A program made the translations under genes and the position numbers. Positions 12,615 through 24,841 of a DNA stretch of 64,000 nucleotides are shown here, piece by piece. The DNA lies in NCBI GenBank assembly GCA_001643675.2, contig LSRY02000002.1, positions 1,116,001 to 1,180,000 on the forward strand, written 5' to 3'. The notes under the pieces are model-generated. The model made no database searches. It had not been told where the DNA came from and was given only the letters and a program-made list of their open reading frames with translations. Source of the DNA: Monocercomonoides exilis PA203. Its lineage: Eukaryota > Protista > Preaxostyla. The stretch's first letter is position 1. Every line of letters starts with the position of its first letter.

Positions 12615-15600
12615 GGATGAAATTCGAATAAGGCATTTTAATTTGAATAAAGATGGTTTATTCGAATAAATAGCCTTTATTTCAAATACAGGCAGTTTAT
12701 TCGAACAAACCATGTTTATTTGAGAACTGAGCCCTTTATTTGAGTTATTTTTTATTATGGGATTTTTCGATCAAAATGCGAAATAATGCAAAACATTTTG
12801 ATGTTTCAAAGATGTTTTAAAATGTGAATTGAATATTTTAATAACATTTTTCATTCATTTCACATTTCATTTTGCGAATTCACTTTAAAAATCTGAAAAA
12901 TCGGATAATAAAAATATGTTAGCTCCTTTTTGAAATTGATAAAAATTTTAAGAATAGTTTTCCTGAAAGAAATTCTCACTATTGATAAAACGAAACATAC
13001 GACGAACAACTGACTTTAATATGTGTTCAAAAGCACGTTTGTGAACATCAGTTCAAATGAACTTATTGAGAAAAAAGTAATTCTTTAATGAAAAATTAAA
13101 ATTCGATAAGTGTCATTAAAACGGCGGTGTAAAATTCTGAAGAATTGCTGGGAAAACTCTGATATATTCAACAAAATGAGTTTTTTCTCATTTTTTCTTA
13201 TGCTATTCAGAGATTATGGGAATGTTAAATGACTTGTTCTCTAGCTCCTGTATCCCTCCAAACGGCTTCGATATCCTGGGGTGCGGTTCAGACATACGTC
13301 TTTGAGCATCGTTCTGGTGATGCATGCTGAACATTAATTTAGGTTCAGCAGGCAAGACGCTTGCTTTCGAGGAATCGGAGCTTGTCCAAAACGGGTTTGA
13401 CCAGAAATTTTTATCAGTTCCCTCCAGCAGCTCTGAAAAGGCAATATTATAATTTTCTTCTGTCACACTCGTTGGAACCCACCCTTGTGCTGTTCTAATC
13501 ACAGATATACAGAGCTTCATCTGGACTGATTATTCTGTTGTCAGGAATTCCTTTCTTCGTAACTCCGACTCATGTCTTCCTCCTCATCTCGAGATCGACT
13601 TCTGCTTGATAGCAAGACGTTTGCTCCAGCAAGCTCTCCCAGGTTAAAGGCGCACTTGTCCGTGCTGAAGGATGCAGTGTACAGACGGAAGTGTGCGTGT
13701 CTATGCTTTTGCTCCCTCTTTATCTCTCCTGCGCATCTGAAGATCTGTGAAGATGAACGCAAGTGTATTTTTGGAGAGCTGAACCTTGGATTGCGATGAA
13801 AGTGAACTGATTGGAGTGATTCTTCCAAGCGAACACCATTTGAGCGCAGCTTTGTGAGAGTTCAACCACGGATGGAACAATAACAAAGCAGACAGAAGAA
13901 ATGTTCTGTGTGTGAAAAGGACAGACACAGATGCAGCAAAGCAACATCCCTTTCAGAGGCATTCACTTTTGCGAGCAACGATTCAGCCAAAGGAAGAAAC
14001 ATATATGTGGACTGCTTCAACTTCAGAAAGAGTGAAACCTCAGCCACCTTCCACCTCTTATTCGAACTGTTTGTTTATGATCCGCAAACGTTTGTGGAGA
14101 GCGATCAAACATTTGTAAATGCTGATCTGTCCCGCTTCCTTGTTCCATTCACATCCAGCGAGATCAACGTGTCTGATGCAGGATTTGTCATTGCCTCGTG
14201 TGAATCGCGGATCGATTCCTGCAGATCCTATATGTCTGGCTTTGAGCACATGGATGCATAGGCTGTGCACATAACGTTCTGCATCAGCAGCCCAGCACAC
14301 TTCATCTGTCCGGCAGACTTGTCGAATTTCATATACCAGTTAACACTTGTTTGGAAGAAGAAAGATCAACGCTGCTGTTCCAGGAAGACAGCCAGGGTTC
14401 CAATCCATTCCTGCCGAACATTTGTAGCCCCTCTCATTCATGGATCTCTATCCAATTATCAGATGGGTACATTTACGAAGTTAGTTCAATCATTCTCAGC
14501 AATCAGGATTCATTGACTCTGGACAAGTTGGCTTTTGAACCACACACAAATGTCTCCGAGCTGGGTGCTTATTTCTTTGCTGTTGTGGAATGGTGAAGTC
14601 TAATCTGCACGCTGTTTGAGTTGACAAATACCGATCTCACGTGGTCGATGTTTATGCTGTATGAAGGATCTTCGAGCACATTCGATGCCATCGAATTTCG
14701 TCATGCAGCCTGTCCAAATGCTCCATTGTTGAAGCAGCAAGCAATTCTAACAGCTCTCCCAATCACCCTTCATCAATTACCATCTTCAGATCGGCTTAGG
14801 TAGGTGTTTTGCAAACAGCGAACAAGTCGTCTGTTATTTGGAGCAGGGAAGAAGGTGGGTTGGAAGTTGTTGTGAACAAGACAAATGTGGAGGGGTGCGG
14901 GTCGAGCGGCGCAGAAAAGTGCGGTTCTGTGAATAAAAATTTGAGCAGCTAATAACGGGTAAAATATAACATCTCTGTTCTGATCCGGTGGATGAATTTC
15001 ACAGTCACATGAATGATTGATTGTGTGTATCGAAAAATAAAGTCGACAGAAAAACAAAATGTGATTCTAAGTTTTCAAAAATCAAAAGCAATGTTGAAAG
15101 AATATGAAGGATATTTTCGCAATGAAAAAAAAATGAATTAAAGCAAATAAACAATAAACATGTCCATATTTTCATCAAAAGAAGTTTTCAAACTATTCTT
15201 TATATTAAATTGCCTGAGATGTTTAAGGAATCTGTAATTTTTGCATATTCTTTTGGTTTTTTATTTTCGTGCTAACGTTCAATAAGGAATAAATAACATT
15301 GCTCACTCAACAGCAGTTGGATGAGTGAACGAAAAAGCAAACGGCTTTTTTGTTAAATAACTATCATAATCGAAAAATTAAGGATTATAATTTCAAAAAA
15401 TCTAATTCAAAAAATAATGACTGTGAAACAAGATGAGGGCAAAATAAAGAAGGATATGTTAATATACATTATCAGTCATTTTGGTGCATTACGTTTTCTA
15501 TTTGAAATCATCGTTCCAATGCAAGAAAAAAAAGAAATCTTCATTTTCATGAAATATTTCCAACTTATGTCATGATCAAAGTTGTCAAAAATGATAATTC

Positions 15601-15946
15601 CACAAAAAACCTTTAAAATATGTGAAAAATAATTAAAATAAATTTGTGAATCATGAAAATTTTCATTTAATATCTTCATAAAAAAGTTTTTCTTTAATTT
15701 TCACGAAAAAAATGTTTGATCAATTGTTTTTAATTATTTATAAATTGCGAATAAAGAATGAAAAACAATGAAAACTTGTACAATATTTCCATAATAATAT
15801 CTCCAAATTTTTTATTCAAATCTTTCATGGTTGATTCGAGAAAGCAGACGTTTATTTGAATAAACAACCTCTCATTCAATTAAAAGGGGGTTTATTCGAA
15901 TAAAGTCAGATCATTCGAAAAAAAACTGTTTATTCGCATTTCATCC
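12615..15946. mobile_element. Element A: non-autonomous TIR DNA transposon (~3.3 kb)
   Basis: Left end GGATGAAATTCGAATAA matches the right-end reverse complement GGATGAAATGCGAATAA. ATT on both flanks. Subterminal TTTATTCGAATAAA-like palindromes at ~20-bp spacing at both ends. Confidence 0.75.
13205..14803 (+). pseudogene. Decayed fragment of a large surface-protein-like gene, cargo of element A
   Basis: GC-richer island with short broken ORFs, e.g. FTFASNDSAKGRNIYVDC, resembling N-x-A-x-x-GKD[IV]FV motifs of the 3048-12278 protein. Many stops and frameshifts. Confidence 0.5.
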
Positions 15947-16965
15947 ATTATTTATTTATTTATTAGATACAATGCAGATTATATCACATCATTCAAATTG
16001 AAAAAATAATTTAAAATTTTGGGGGTTATTTAAAAATACCCCTGTTTATTTAAATTGACTGGCTTATTTTTAAAATACACATGCGATTTTGAATTGAATG
16101 TTTAAAACATGAAAAATGATTGAGTCATATTATTAGCATGAAAGATTGATATAAAATACTGAAGTGAATTTTGATTCCAATTTTGCAAAAATTTTGATCT
16201 TTCAATAATCTTCTTGGAAAAAATGGAATAATTCGATAATTCGTTTAAAAAGCTATTCTTACTAATGCAATCGAAAATTCCAGTTTTATAATGTGAACGT
16301 GCATGGTTTTTTACAATTAAAAATTCATTTTTCCCAATATACAAATCATAAAAGCTTCATCAAATTTTTAGTTTATTTCTTCGCAATTTGGAGCTGTTTC
16401 TTTAAAACTGCAGCACCAATGACAACTTCTGTGCCATTTTGTTCAGCACTCATAAGGTAATTACTGCTTTTTTCGTTTTTTCAACAGCAATTTTCAAACA
16501 ATATTGTTTTTTTCATTTTTCGCCATGTTGAAAGACAATATTAAAAATCATTTACAAGAAATATATAAAACACTGAATGTTAAAAGGCATATATGGTTCT
16601 TTATCGAGATTTCGTTTTTTATGAAGAACATTTTTTATTATTTCAAAATTTTCTTTTTCGATATTTATCTTCTAATTTTGCAGTTTACACAATTTTCTTT
16701 CAGTTCCAAATTCTATAAACATTTTGCCTTTGGATATCCCACATTTGTAACACTCTCTATCCTCCGTATTACTCGAAAGTGCAAACAAAATTTCGACAAT
16801 CCCATCTATTTATTTTCTCTCGTCTAAATTAACAGATTTATATTCCAGCACGCTCAAACCATCATCAACAGTTCTATCTTCTCTTCTATTTTCAGCTCCG
16901 ACACTTTTTTCTTTGCCTTTGACACCTCCTTTCTTCGCCAAACAAGTTCTACACCAAATGCTTCT

Positions 16966-18295
16966 ATGATGCTCGAAGGATCAGATAACAAAAGAGAAAC
17001 GCCAGGAAGATTGACTTCATTCGTACAGAAAAAGCATCGCTTTGAATGGTGCGAATGGAATAATTCTGGAAATGGTTCATCTGGTGGCGCACTTTATGTT
17101 AATTGTGCAAATGCAAATCTCGAAATCACATCTTGCTCATTCAACGATTGTTCAACTGGTGATCATGGTGGAGCGTTATTCTGTGCAAATTTGTTAAAAA
17201 CAGATATCACAAAATCGAATATTACAAATTGTTCAGCCAATCATGCAGGAGCTGCTTATGTCAGTGGGCCACGATCAAATTCTGTTTGGACATTCCAAGA
17301 TAACAGAGTGGAAAGTTGTTCAATAACTGATTGGTGTGGAACTGGTTGGTATTTTCAAGTGTATAACATGAACTCAACTTGCAAATTCCTGTTTTCCAAA
17401 TGCATATGCATCTCAAATTCTGGTGGTGATTCAACAGGTTCACTCACATTTAATTATCCTCCACAAAATAAACCAAGTCAATTTTTGATCAATGATTGTC
17501 AGTTTATTAACAACATATTGACTGCATCTGCCAATTATGGTGGTGCTGCCATTTTCTTCTATTCAACTTACTCTTGGATGAATGGAGTAAAATTCATCAC
17601 TTTCTGCTTCTTCGATGGCAACACTGCCAAAAATGGCAGAGGAAACGATGTGTTTTTCAGTGTCAATTCTGTAGCCCAATTTCCATTCCAGCAATGCGGT
17701 TCAACAACTCCAACAAAAAGAGTGTGGAATCAAGGAACGGCTGATAATGTTGAGTACAATGGATGGCTCCCACTCATCGCCCAGAACAAAATCGTGTCAA
17801 ATAATGGAACAAACACCGATCTCTGTGGAATCACACAACTCAGTCCATATGAAACAATTGAATTTGCTCTTGTTCGCATGGCAGATACCCAAGATGCCTC
17901 TCTCACCCTCCTCACTTAAACACTCACTTTCAGCGCGGTTGACACAAGAATCACAGGAAATGGAATAGCCGCCACCACCATTGCCTCCAGCGGAATTCCT
18001 CAACCAGCTTCTTCTTCTTCTTCTTCTTCATTTCCTTCTTCAACATCTTCTTCACCAGATCCATCTGCCACTTCTGCCCTCTTCCAACAGACACAGGGCT
18101 CCCTCACAATCTCTGCCCTCGCTATCGCACACAACTCCACAAACCCCATCACCCCCATCCTCTTCCACCTCTCAGATAACTCCCCTTCCCTCAACCTCAA
18201 CACTACCACCATCACCGGAACAACCCCATCTTCATCATCCATCACCACACCCCTCTTCTTCATCACTGTTGGCTCCCTCGCCCTCAACCACACTG
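16966..18295 (+). pseudogene. Truncated beta-helix surface-protein fragment, cargo of element B
   Basis: FEWCEW..SGGALY, HGGALF and YGGAAIF..FDGNTAKNGRGNDVF resemble the N-terminal part of the 3048 protein (FIWCEW..NGGAIY). The frame continues past TAA 17917-17919 (TLTFSAVDTRITGNG...). Confidence 0.7.
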
Positions 18296-18707
18296 CACAA
18301 TTACCAACATCAATTCACCATAGCTTCACCAACAAACAACGAATCGTTTTACAAGCATCAAATAACTTTTCAATGTGTTTGACCAGAATGACTCTGTTTT
18401 AATTTTAACTTAATAAAGTTTAATTCAATTCATCAAAAAATATCTTCTTTGTAATCGAGCTTATCGTAATATCATCAACAATATTCGAGTATTTAATCGG
18501 AACTCTGCACCACATTTGGAAAATGTCATAACGTGAACTGTTTTTGACTATGAAAATTTTAAATAAAACAAAATGCTTCTCCAAATAAATTATTAGCTTG
18601 ACATTAATTTATAGAATTCCTACGTTTTCACATGAAGATTTGGAATTTGTTCATTTTATTGAAACAATTTCTTAATTTATTGAAATCTTCTTTGAAATAG
18701 AAGACGT

Positions 18708-21226
18708 GGCAAGTTCCAAGTATATGGACCATCAATAAAAAATATTTCTCATATCGTGCACGAAAGAATTAGTAATTATGATTTATTTAAAATTAGTTTT
18801 ATCTGTCGAAAATGCTTTATTATAAACTTTCTATTACAAATTTTGATCTATCCCATTAATATTTTCAAACCATGCTTGTTTTTTATTTATTTCAAAATTT
18901 AAGGTTTGGAGCTTTATCATCTTATATAAAGGAATTCAATAGATTTTATTTATTTATGTTTGCTTTATGCAATTTTTCAATAGTTTCACAATATCATTTC
19001 AGAATGCAATTAGTCAAAACATGACAAATCTTTGTGTTTCAATAATGTTTGATTTATTTTTCTATAAAAATCAGGATATAAATCATCTTATTTGAAATCA
19101 ATTCAGATTTTTCTGATCTAGAGAAATTTCTGATCGATTGACGGAAATTTCAATTTGTATTCAGTCAATGTGTATTTTGAAAGAAATCCAAGTCAATGAA
19201 GTGTTCAAATATCTGCTCCTATGTGTGACATGAAAGAGGTGCGACTCGTGCTTGATGATTTTTTCAAATGTTCGGAAACAACACATACAACAATTATTGA
19301 AAGCTCCTTGAAGTTGGCATTTTTCAAATTGACAGTGGTTCATAAACAAGCTTCAATGAATGAGTGGAATGCTTCTGGAACAAATAAAAACAACAATGAA
19401 GATGACGAAGATGAAAATGGCAAAGCTAAAAAAGGGAGAGAAAATCGCTTGACTGCAAAAGCTTCCACTTATGTTTTCGAAATGATTCGTGTTTGTGGGT
19501 TACTGAGAAAGAAATAGGGCAAAAAAGAAACAATTATTCATAATTCAGACCACATTATTTGCTAGCTGGACTGGATCTTCTAACGTGATTGTGCAGTCAC
19601 CAAGTATCAGATTTCTGTACATCACGCCAAAGATAGAGCGATGCGCCAAAGCGAAACTGGGTACAAAGACGATGTTTATCCCTAAAATGGCATTATTTCT
19701 GTCAAATGCCAACTCGATGAAGTCCATCACAAACAGCGCCTCGTTTATCTGCTCAGCAATCGATCTCCAGATAATATTAAGATCCTTCTCCACACTCACT
19801 CTGTTCAAAGAAAACCGAATCAGCTGAAATATGATTGGCAGGGCCTTCGCTTTCTCCGAAGATGGCGTATCAAAATATTCTGGATATTCCAAGCAGTTTA
19901 ATGTTGTTCCACAAACGTTTCTTTTATGTTTCAATCAAATTCAGTGATTCACAGAACTTATTCGTTTAAACATATCTCCTTTCAGATGGACGCTTAGTTC
20001 CAGCAACAGTTCTATTTTTGTTGATCAGCCTTTATCACTCAATGTGGATGTCAAGCCATCCAAACAGCAATTCGCAATTTACAGATTCATTTAAAGCAGA
20101 ACAGATTCGCTCAGAAAATATTCCACATTCATCTTCAGATCAACTGCCTCGTTGAAATAGCTCCTGACAGGCCCAACAAGCACATTGGCTTTATCCTCAA
20201 ATTGTTTAGCAAATTCAAACAATTCAAAATTCAAACCATTTCCCAGATCATTCGCTGCAGGAAACATTTTTCTTCTTTTGTATTCTTTTTTTGCCTAAAC
20301 ACTTTTTTCTGTAAATGGATGTCTATCATTATTGTCAGAAATACACATCTTATTGATTTCTCCACCACATCCTTCAGAACTGCTGCAGATGCTGTTCGTC
20401 ATTCCTGCATTCCTCATTTTCAGTTGCCCAACTGCACCTTTCAGCTCAAAAGACATCGATCCTCCCTTTTTGCATCCCTCTGTGTCAAGTTTTTGTTAGG
20501 AGCATCTAACAACATAGATTTCGAAGCTGCTCCGAAGAGGGAATATCACAATGCACAGATTTGATGCTCAGCTGATGAAGCTGCAGAATGAAGAGAAGTG
20601 CAGCAGATAAACTGCTGTTAATGAATCTCTCTTTTTTTAAAATGTTTTTTTGGTATTCGCTAATAAAATAATAAACAAGTTATTTAACAATTTTATAGAT
20701 GTAATTTTGAGAAAGATTTTGGTCTCAAAATAAAACTGAGCTTCGATATCATCTAATAATACAATGTTTATATTGATGTTGCCTTTTTCATTTCAATCAA
20801 TTATTCAATAAACATTTTTCTGTGCACTTTTTGCAATTAATAATTTTTTAACTGGTTTTTGAAGTTGGTGCATTCCTTTGTGCTCGAAATAACCTGTGCA
20901 AAAGAAAAAACTCAATTGTGCAACTTTCTTTCGAAAATATATTGCTAAATGTGAAAAAGTTACTTATTTGAATTACTCAAAATATTATCACAACAACAAT
21001 TATCATGTGAAAATATAAAATGTGCAGGTTAATAAAAAAATCAAAGAATAAAAAACAAGCATGGTTTGAAAATATTAATGGGATAGATCAAAATTTGTAA
21101 TAGAAAGTTTATAATAAAGCATTTTCGACAGATAAAACTAATTTTAAATAAATCATAATTACTAATTCTTTCGTGCACGATATGAGAAATATTTTTTATT
21201 GATGGTCCATATACTTGGATCTTGCC
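18708..21226. mobile_element. Element C: non-autonomous TIR element (Merlin- or MULE-like) nested in element B
   Basis: 180-bp TIRs at 18708-18887 and 21047-21226 with one mismatch seen. Termini GGCAAG...CTTGCC. Exact 8-bp TSD GAAGACGT at 18700-18707 and 21227-21234. Confidence 0.92.
19545..20480 (-). pseudogene. Decayed gene fragment inside element C
   Basis: Broken minus-strand frames (CSSSEGCGG, EDECGIFSERICS) resemble the giant surface-protein family. No transposase motifs seen. Confidence 0.4.
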
Positions 21227-21700
21227 GAAGACGTTAATGATCTGTTTTCTTTTTTTGCCAATCGCATCATATCTTTAATATGCAGCAAATAACTATCGCT
21301 TTATTGGAAGGCTTCAACAGATGGCAAGCCATTTTGCAGCATTTACGATGAAAAGTTTACGGCGAACGAATCCTGAAAAAGCAGTGAACCTTTTATATAA
21401 CTGTAAATTTCTCAATATCATTTGAAACGATTCTGAATAAAGCTTGAACATCGAGCATTCTGCATTCAAAAAATCTTCTTGCATTTTCATTTGGATTTAC
21501 ATTTATGAGATTTAGAAATAAAGCTCAAATGATTTTCCTGGAATTTTATCGAAAATAAATGATGTTTGATAAAATGACTCCAATATCAAATCACGCACAA
21601 ATAATCATTTTGAGAATATTACAAGCAATGGAATTGTTTTTGATATATTAATGGTTATTTTCGAGATACTCCCAATATTAGTTACGCTTTTTCTGAGTTA

Positions 21701-23629
21701 ATGATCACAGAAACTTCTCCACTTTACGGCAAGGTATTTTTCGGTTCATCGCATTCAAGTGATGAGATTCAAGACAGAATGTTTGTGATTTTATTTTTTT
21801 TGTCAATTCGGAAATTTATTTTCATCGCAATTTATAGATTAGTTCAGAGAAGCGAAAATTCATCTCAATCAGTGCAAACTGAAATTAACGCAAAAGAAAA
21901 CTGTTTAATAATTGAACCAAACGAAAGAAGTTCACATTCTTCAGAAGAATCGATGATTTTGACTCCAATAAAACGGAAAAATGCTGCAATTCATCGAGAT
22001 CATGATTCTTTAACTAAAAGAAGGGAAAATTCAATAGACAGCGAAAAAAATTGTTCCTCTCCATTTTTCAAATCTTCTCCAACATCTTCGCAGTTATTTA
22101 ATTTACAAAAAAATACTCCAATCCCGGATTTTCAAATCAAATCATCTTCATCAAGAAAGAGACCGAAAAAGAGTTACCAACCCGATTTTCAATCATTAAG
22201 AAAGAAAAGAGATACGCAAATTTCTAGTATCGAAGAGCAAACTTTATGTTCAGATGAAAGTGAAGATGAAGAAGAACATTACGGCTTATTGTTTGATGTA
22301 TTTCTAAAAGAAAAGGAGGATGAACATCTGAGAATTTCAAAAGAAACAATAATCGAGTTGGGAAATTTAATTTCATCTCACATAAGCTCAGTTCCGAAAA
22401 GAGGGCAAAAGAAAATTCTTTCCATCCACGATCAATTGATTGTTTGCTTAGAATGGTTATCGAGCAAAACGACTGTTAAAGGCATCGCAGGTTTTCTTGG
22501 ATTATCGGAAACAATGGCCAGCAACAGCATTCGGGAGATCAGGCCATATTTACTTAAAGTGTTGGACGAGATTTTCAAAAATCCGCCCAGACCTCCAAAG
22601 TTCATTTCAAAAGAATTTCCGTCTGTTGCCTTGCTTGTTGATGCCACAACGGTCAGATGCTCAGTTCCAGTAGGAGACTTTGATGATGCAAGGCAATTGT
22701 TTGATGGACACCACAACTCTTACAGCATGAAAATTGAAGTTGCCGTATCAGCCTGGCCTCCATTCAAAGCGTTGTTTGTTTCGGAATCAGTTCCTGGAGG
22801 TGTTCATGACGTTACACTTTTCAGAAGTGGCAAGCATAGGTATGTCGAATACCTAAAAAAAACAGAAGAAGAAAAGCTTGGAAATTCAGTGTGCAATCAA
22901 AATGATAGCTGGTCAATAATGGCTGATAAGGGATATCAAGGCCATTTCATTGATATCAATGTAATAACTCCCATCAAAAGAATTCATAAAGCAAACAAAA
23001 CTTTGAATGAAAAAGAATTTCAACGTTCAGAATCTGAATCCGTTTATTCTCTCTCTTCAACACAGCCTTCTTCTCTCTCTTCAACACAGCCTTCTTCTCT
23101 CTCTTCTACTCAGCCTTCTTCTCTCTCTTCTCAACCTTCATTTATGTCTTTATCTGTTTCTCCATTATTATCTTTTCCTTCTGCTTCTTCATCTTCATCA
23201 ATCTCTCCTCCAGCAGACAATCTTTTCATCGTTCCGGCATCAGTTGCAACTACTTCAACTCAATCAGAAACATTATTCACAAAAGCTGGGATGAGCGTTA
23301 TGACTGCTAAAGAAGTGGAAATTTTCAATAAGAAAGTTGCAAAACATAGAATACCTGTAGAGTGGTTTTTCGGTCGAATGAAACGACTGTGGCTTCGAAT
23401 GTCAGAAAAATACACAGGTCCACGAGAAGATTTTCCAGCTGATGCAAAGATCGCATGCTGGCTCACGAACATTGTGATCGATAACAACTCTTTAGAAGCA
23501 GATGATGGGATTTTTTACAGAAAAGTATCTGAATTTTCTAATAAAAAAGAAACGGAAAGAAAATTGATTCAAGAAATAAATGCAAGGGCAAGTATGGAAA
23601 GAAAAATTATAAGGAAAGCCTCCAAATAA
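21701..23629 (+). CDS. PIF/Harbinger/ISL2EU-type DDE transposase (HARBI1/DDE_Tnp_4-like)
   Basis: HTH-like LSIHDQLIVCLEWL; LLVDATTV; GGVHDVTLFR; IMADKGYQG; FNKKVAKHRIPVEWFFGRMK. Probable in-frame 57-nt intron at 21781-21837 (GTTTG...TAG). Confidence 0.9.
   Translation: MITETSPLYGKVFFGSSHSSDEIQDRMFVILFFLSIRKFIFIAIYRLVQRSENSSQSVQTEINAKENCLIIEPNERSSHSSEESMILTPIKRKNAAIHRDHDSLTKRRENSIDSEKNCSSPFFKSSPTSSQLFNLQKNTPIPDFQIKSSSSRKRPKKSYQPDFQSLRKKRDTQISSIEEQTLCSDESEDEEEHYGLLFDVFLKEKEDEHLRISKETIIELGNLISSHISSVPKRGQKKILSIHDQLIVCLEWLSSKTTVKGIAGFLGLSETMASNSIREIRPYLLKVLDEIFKNPPRPPKFISKEFPSVALLVDATTVRCSVPVGDFDDARQLFDGHHNSYSMKIEVAVSAWPPFKALFVSESVPGGVHDVTLFRSGKHRYVEYLKKTEEEKLGNSVCNQNDSWSIMADKGYQGHFIDINVITPIKRIHKANKTLNEKEFQRSESESVYSLSSTQPSSLSSTQPSSLSSTQPSSLSSQPSFMSLSVSPLLSFPSASSSSSISPPADNLFIVPASVATTSTQSETLFTKAGMSVMTAKEVEIFNKKVAKHRIPVEWFFGRMKRLWLRMSEKYTGPREDFPADAKIACWLTNIVIDNNSLEADDGIFYRKVSEFSNKKETERKLIQEINARASMERKIIRKASK
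23048..23140 (+). repeat. 24-bp coding tandem repeat (SSTQPSSL x~3.5) inside the transposase
   Basis: TCTTCAACACAGCCTTCTTCTCTC units visible. Confidence 0.9.
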
Positions 23630-24747
23630 TATGAATTTGATTATTACTCGACAAATATTTGAAGATCAATTGTTGAATGAGGAATGGTTGTTATTTATTT
23701 ATGATAAATATTATTTTCAAGTAACTTTTTACATTATTTTTTTCATTTTCTGTGAATAGTTTTTGAAAGCACAAAAATTGTATGTTTTTGTGTAAAAATT
23801 TCCTTTCAATGTTAAAAATAAATCTATTCTTTTTTTGAAATTTTGATGAACGTTTCGATCGAAAGATTTCTTTGAATTATATAATTTTTAAATAAGAAAC
23901 ATGTTCATTAAAAACCTTGATGAACAAGAATTATTTAGCAAATCGGTTGAAAGGACGAATATATCTGTATGGTATTTCTTCAATTTTTTTGATTAGTTTT
24001 TTATATCAGCCCTTTCGATACAGTTTTTTTTTCGAAGCGTTTTTGAAAGCTTGCTGAATCTCACAGAGATAATTACTTTTTATCAAAAAATGATAAAAGG
24101 AACTTGACGGTATTTAGTTCTTTGAAAACATGTTCATTTCCGAGACAAGAATTTACATAATGAATAAAGGTGATCGTTTGATTTTTTATTCATTTCTGAT
24201 TTCTGCTTTCTTTTTCCATGAACGCTTTTTGACTTGCTTGTGAAGGAATTCATTTTTTATTTATACGCTTTGATTACAAAATGTTTTTTGCATTGATTGA
24301 TTTTGATGAAAAGAAATTAATATTTGACATTCTTTTCAATTAAAAGTTATTGAATTGTTAAAAAAGTTACAAATCGAGATAACAATAAGATTATTGACTG
24401 TTATTTTAAGTAAAAGTTTTTAACAATATATTTGTGAAGTTGATAGAAAAACAATTTATTCGAGAATTATCTAATGAATTTGAAAACAACTATTTTTGAC
24501 AAAAAATTATGAAAAATTAGCTTTTATATTTGCAACAATTAAAACAAAAGTCGAAACAAAGTTTTCAAAAAATTCATTCTTCCCCTAATGATTATTAATT
24601 TGAATGATCTTTTCTTATTCAAAATCTCACACTGATTTTTAATTTTTAGCCTTTAATTAAAATTAAGTGGTCTTTATTCAAATTAACATAGGTTTATTAA
24701 AAAACCTCTATTAATTCAAATTTCCCATTTTAATCTGCATTGTATCT

Positions 24748-24752
24748 ATTTA

Positions 24753-24783
<31 letters not shown>

Positions 24784-24841
24784 TTTTTATTTTTTTATTT
24801 TTTTTTTATTTTTTTATTTTTTATTTTTTTTTTTTTTTTTT
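24748..24841. repeat. (TTTA)n / poly-T-A tract abutting the right end of element B
   Basis: Directly visible. Confidence 0.9.

Larger units (their letters stand above)
15965..24747. mobile_element. Element B: PIF/Harbinger/ISL2EU-group (PHIS) DNA transposon, ~8.8 kb including nested element C
   Basis: Perfect 17-bp TIR AGATACAATGCAGATTA at 15965-15981 and 24731-24747. ATT on both flanks. Subterminal AT-rich palindromes. Contains a DDE transposase ORF. Confidence 0.8.

Noticed and set aside
12620-12745. Regularly spaced palindromic repeats resembling a CRISPR array
   Set aside because: Units are ~14 bp with ~6-bp spacers, degenerate, with no cas genes and a eukaryotic context. Better explained as transposon subterminal repeats.
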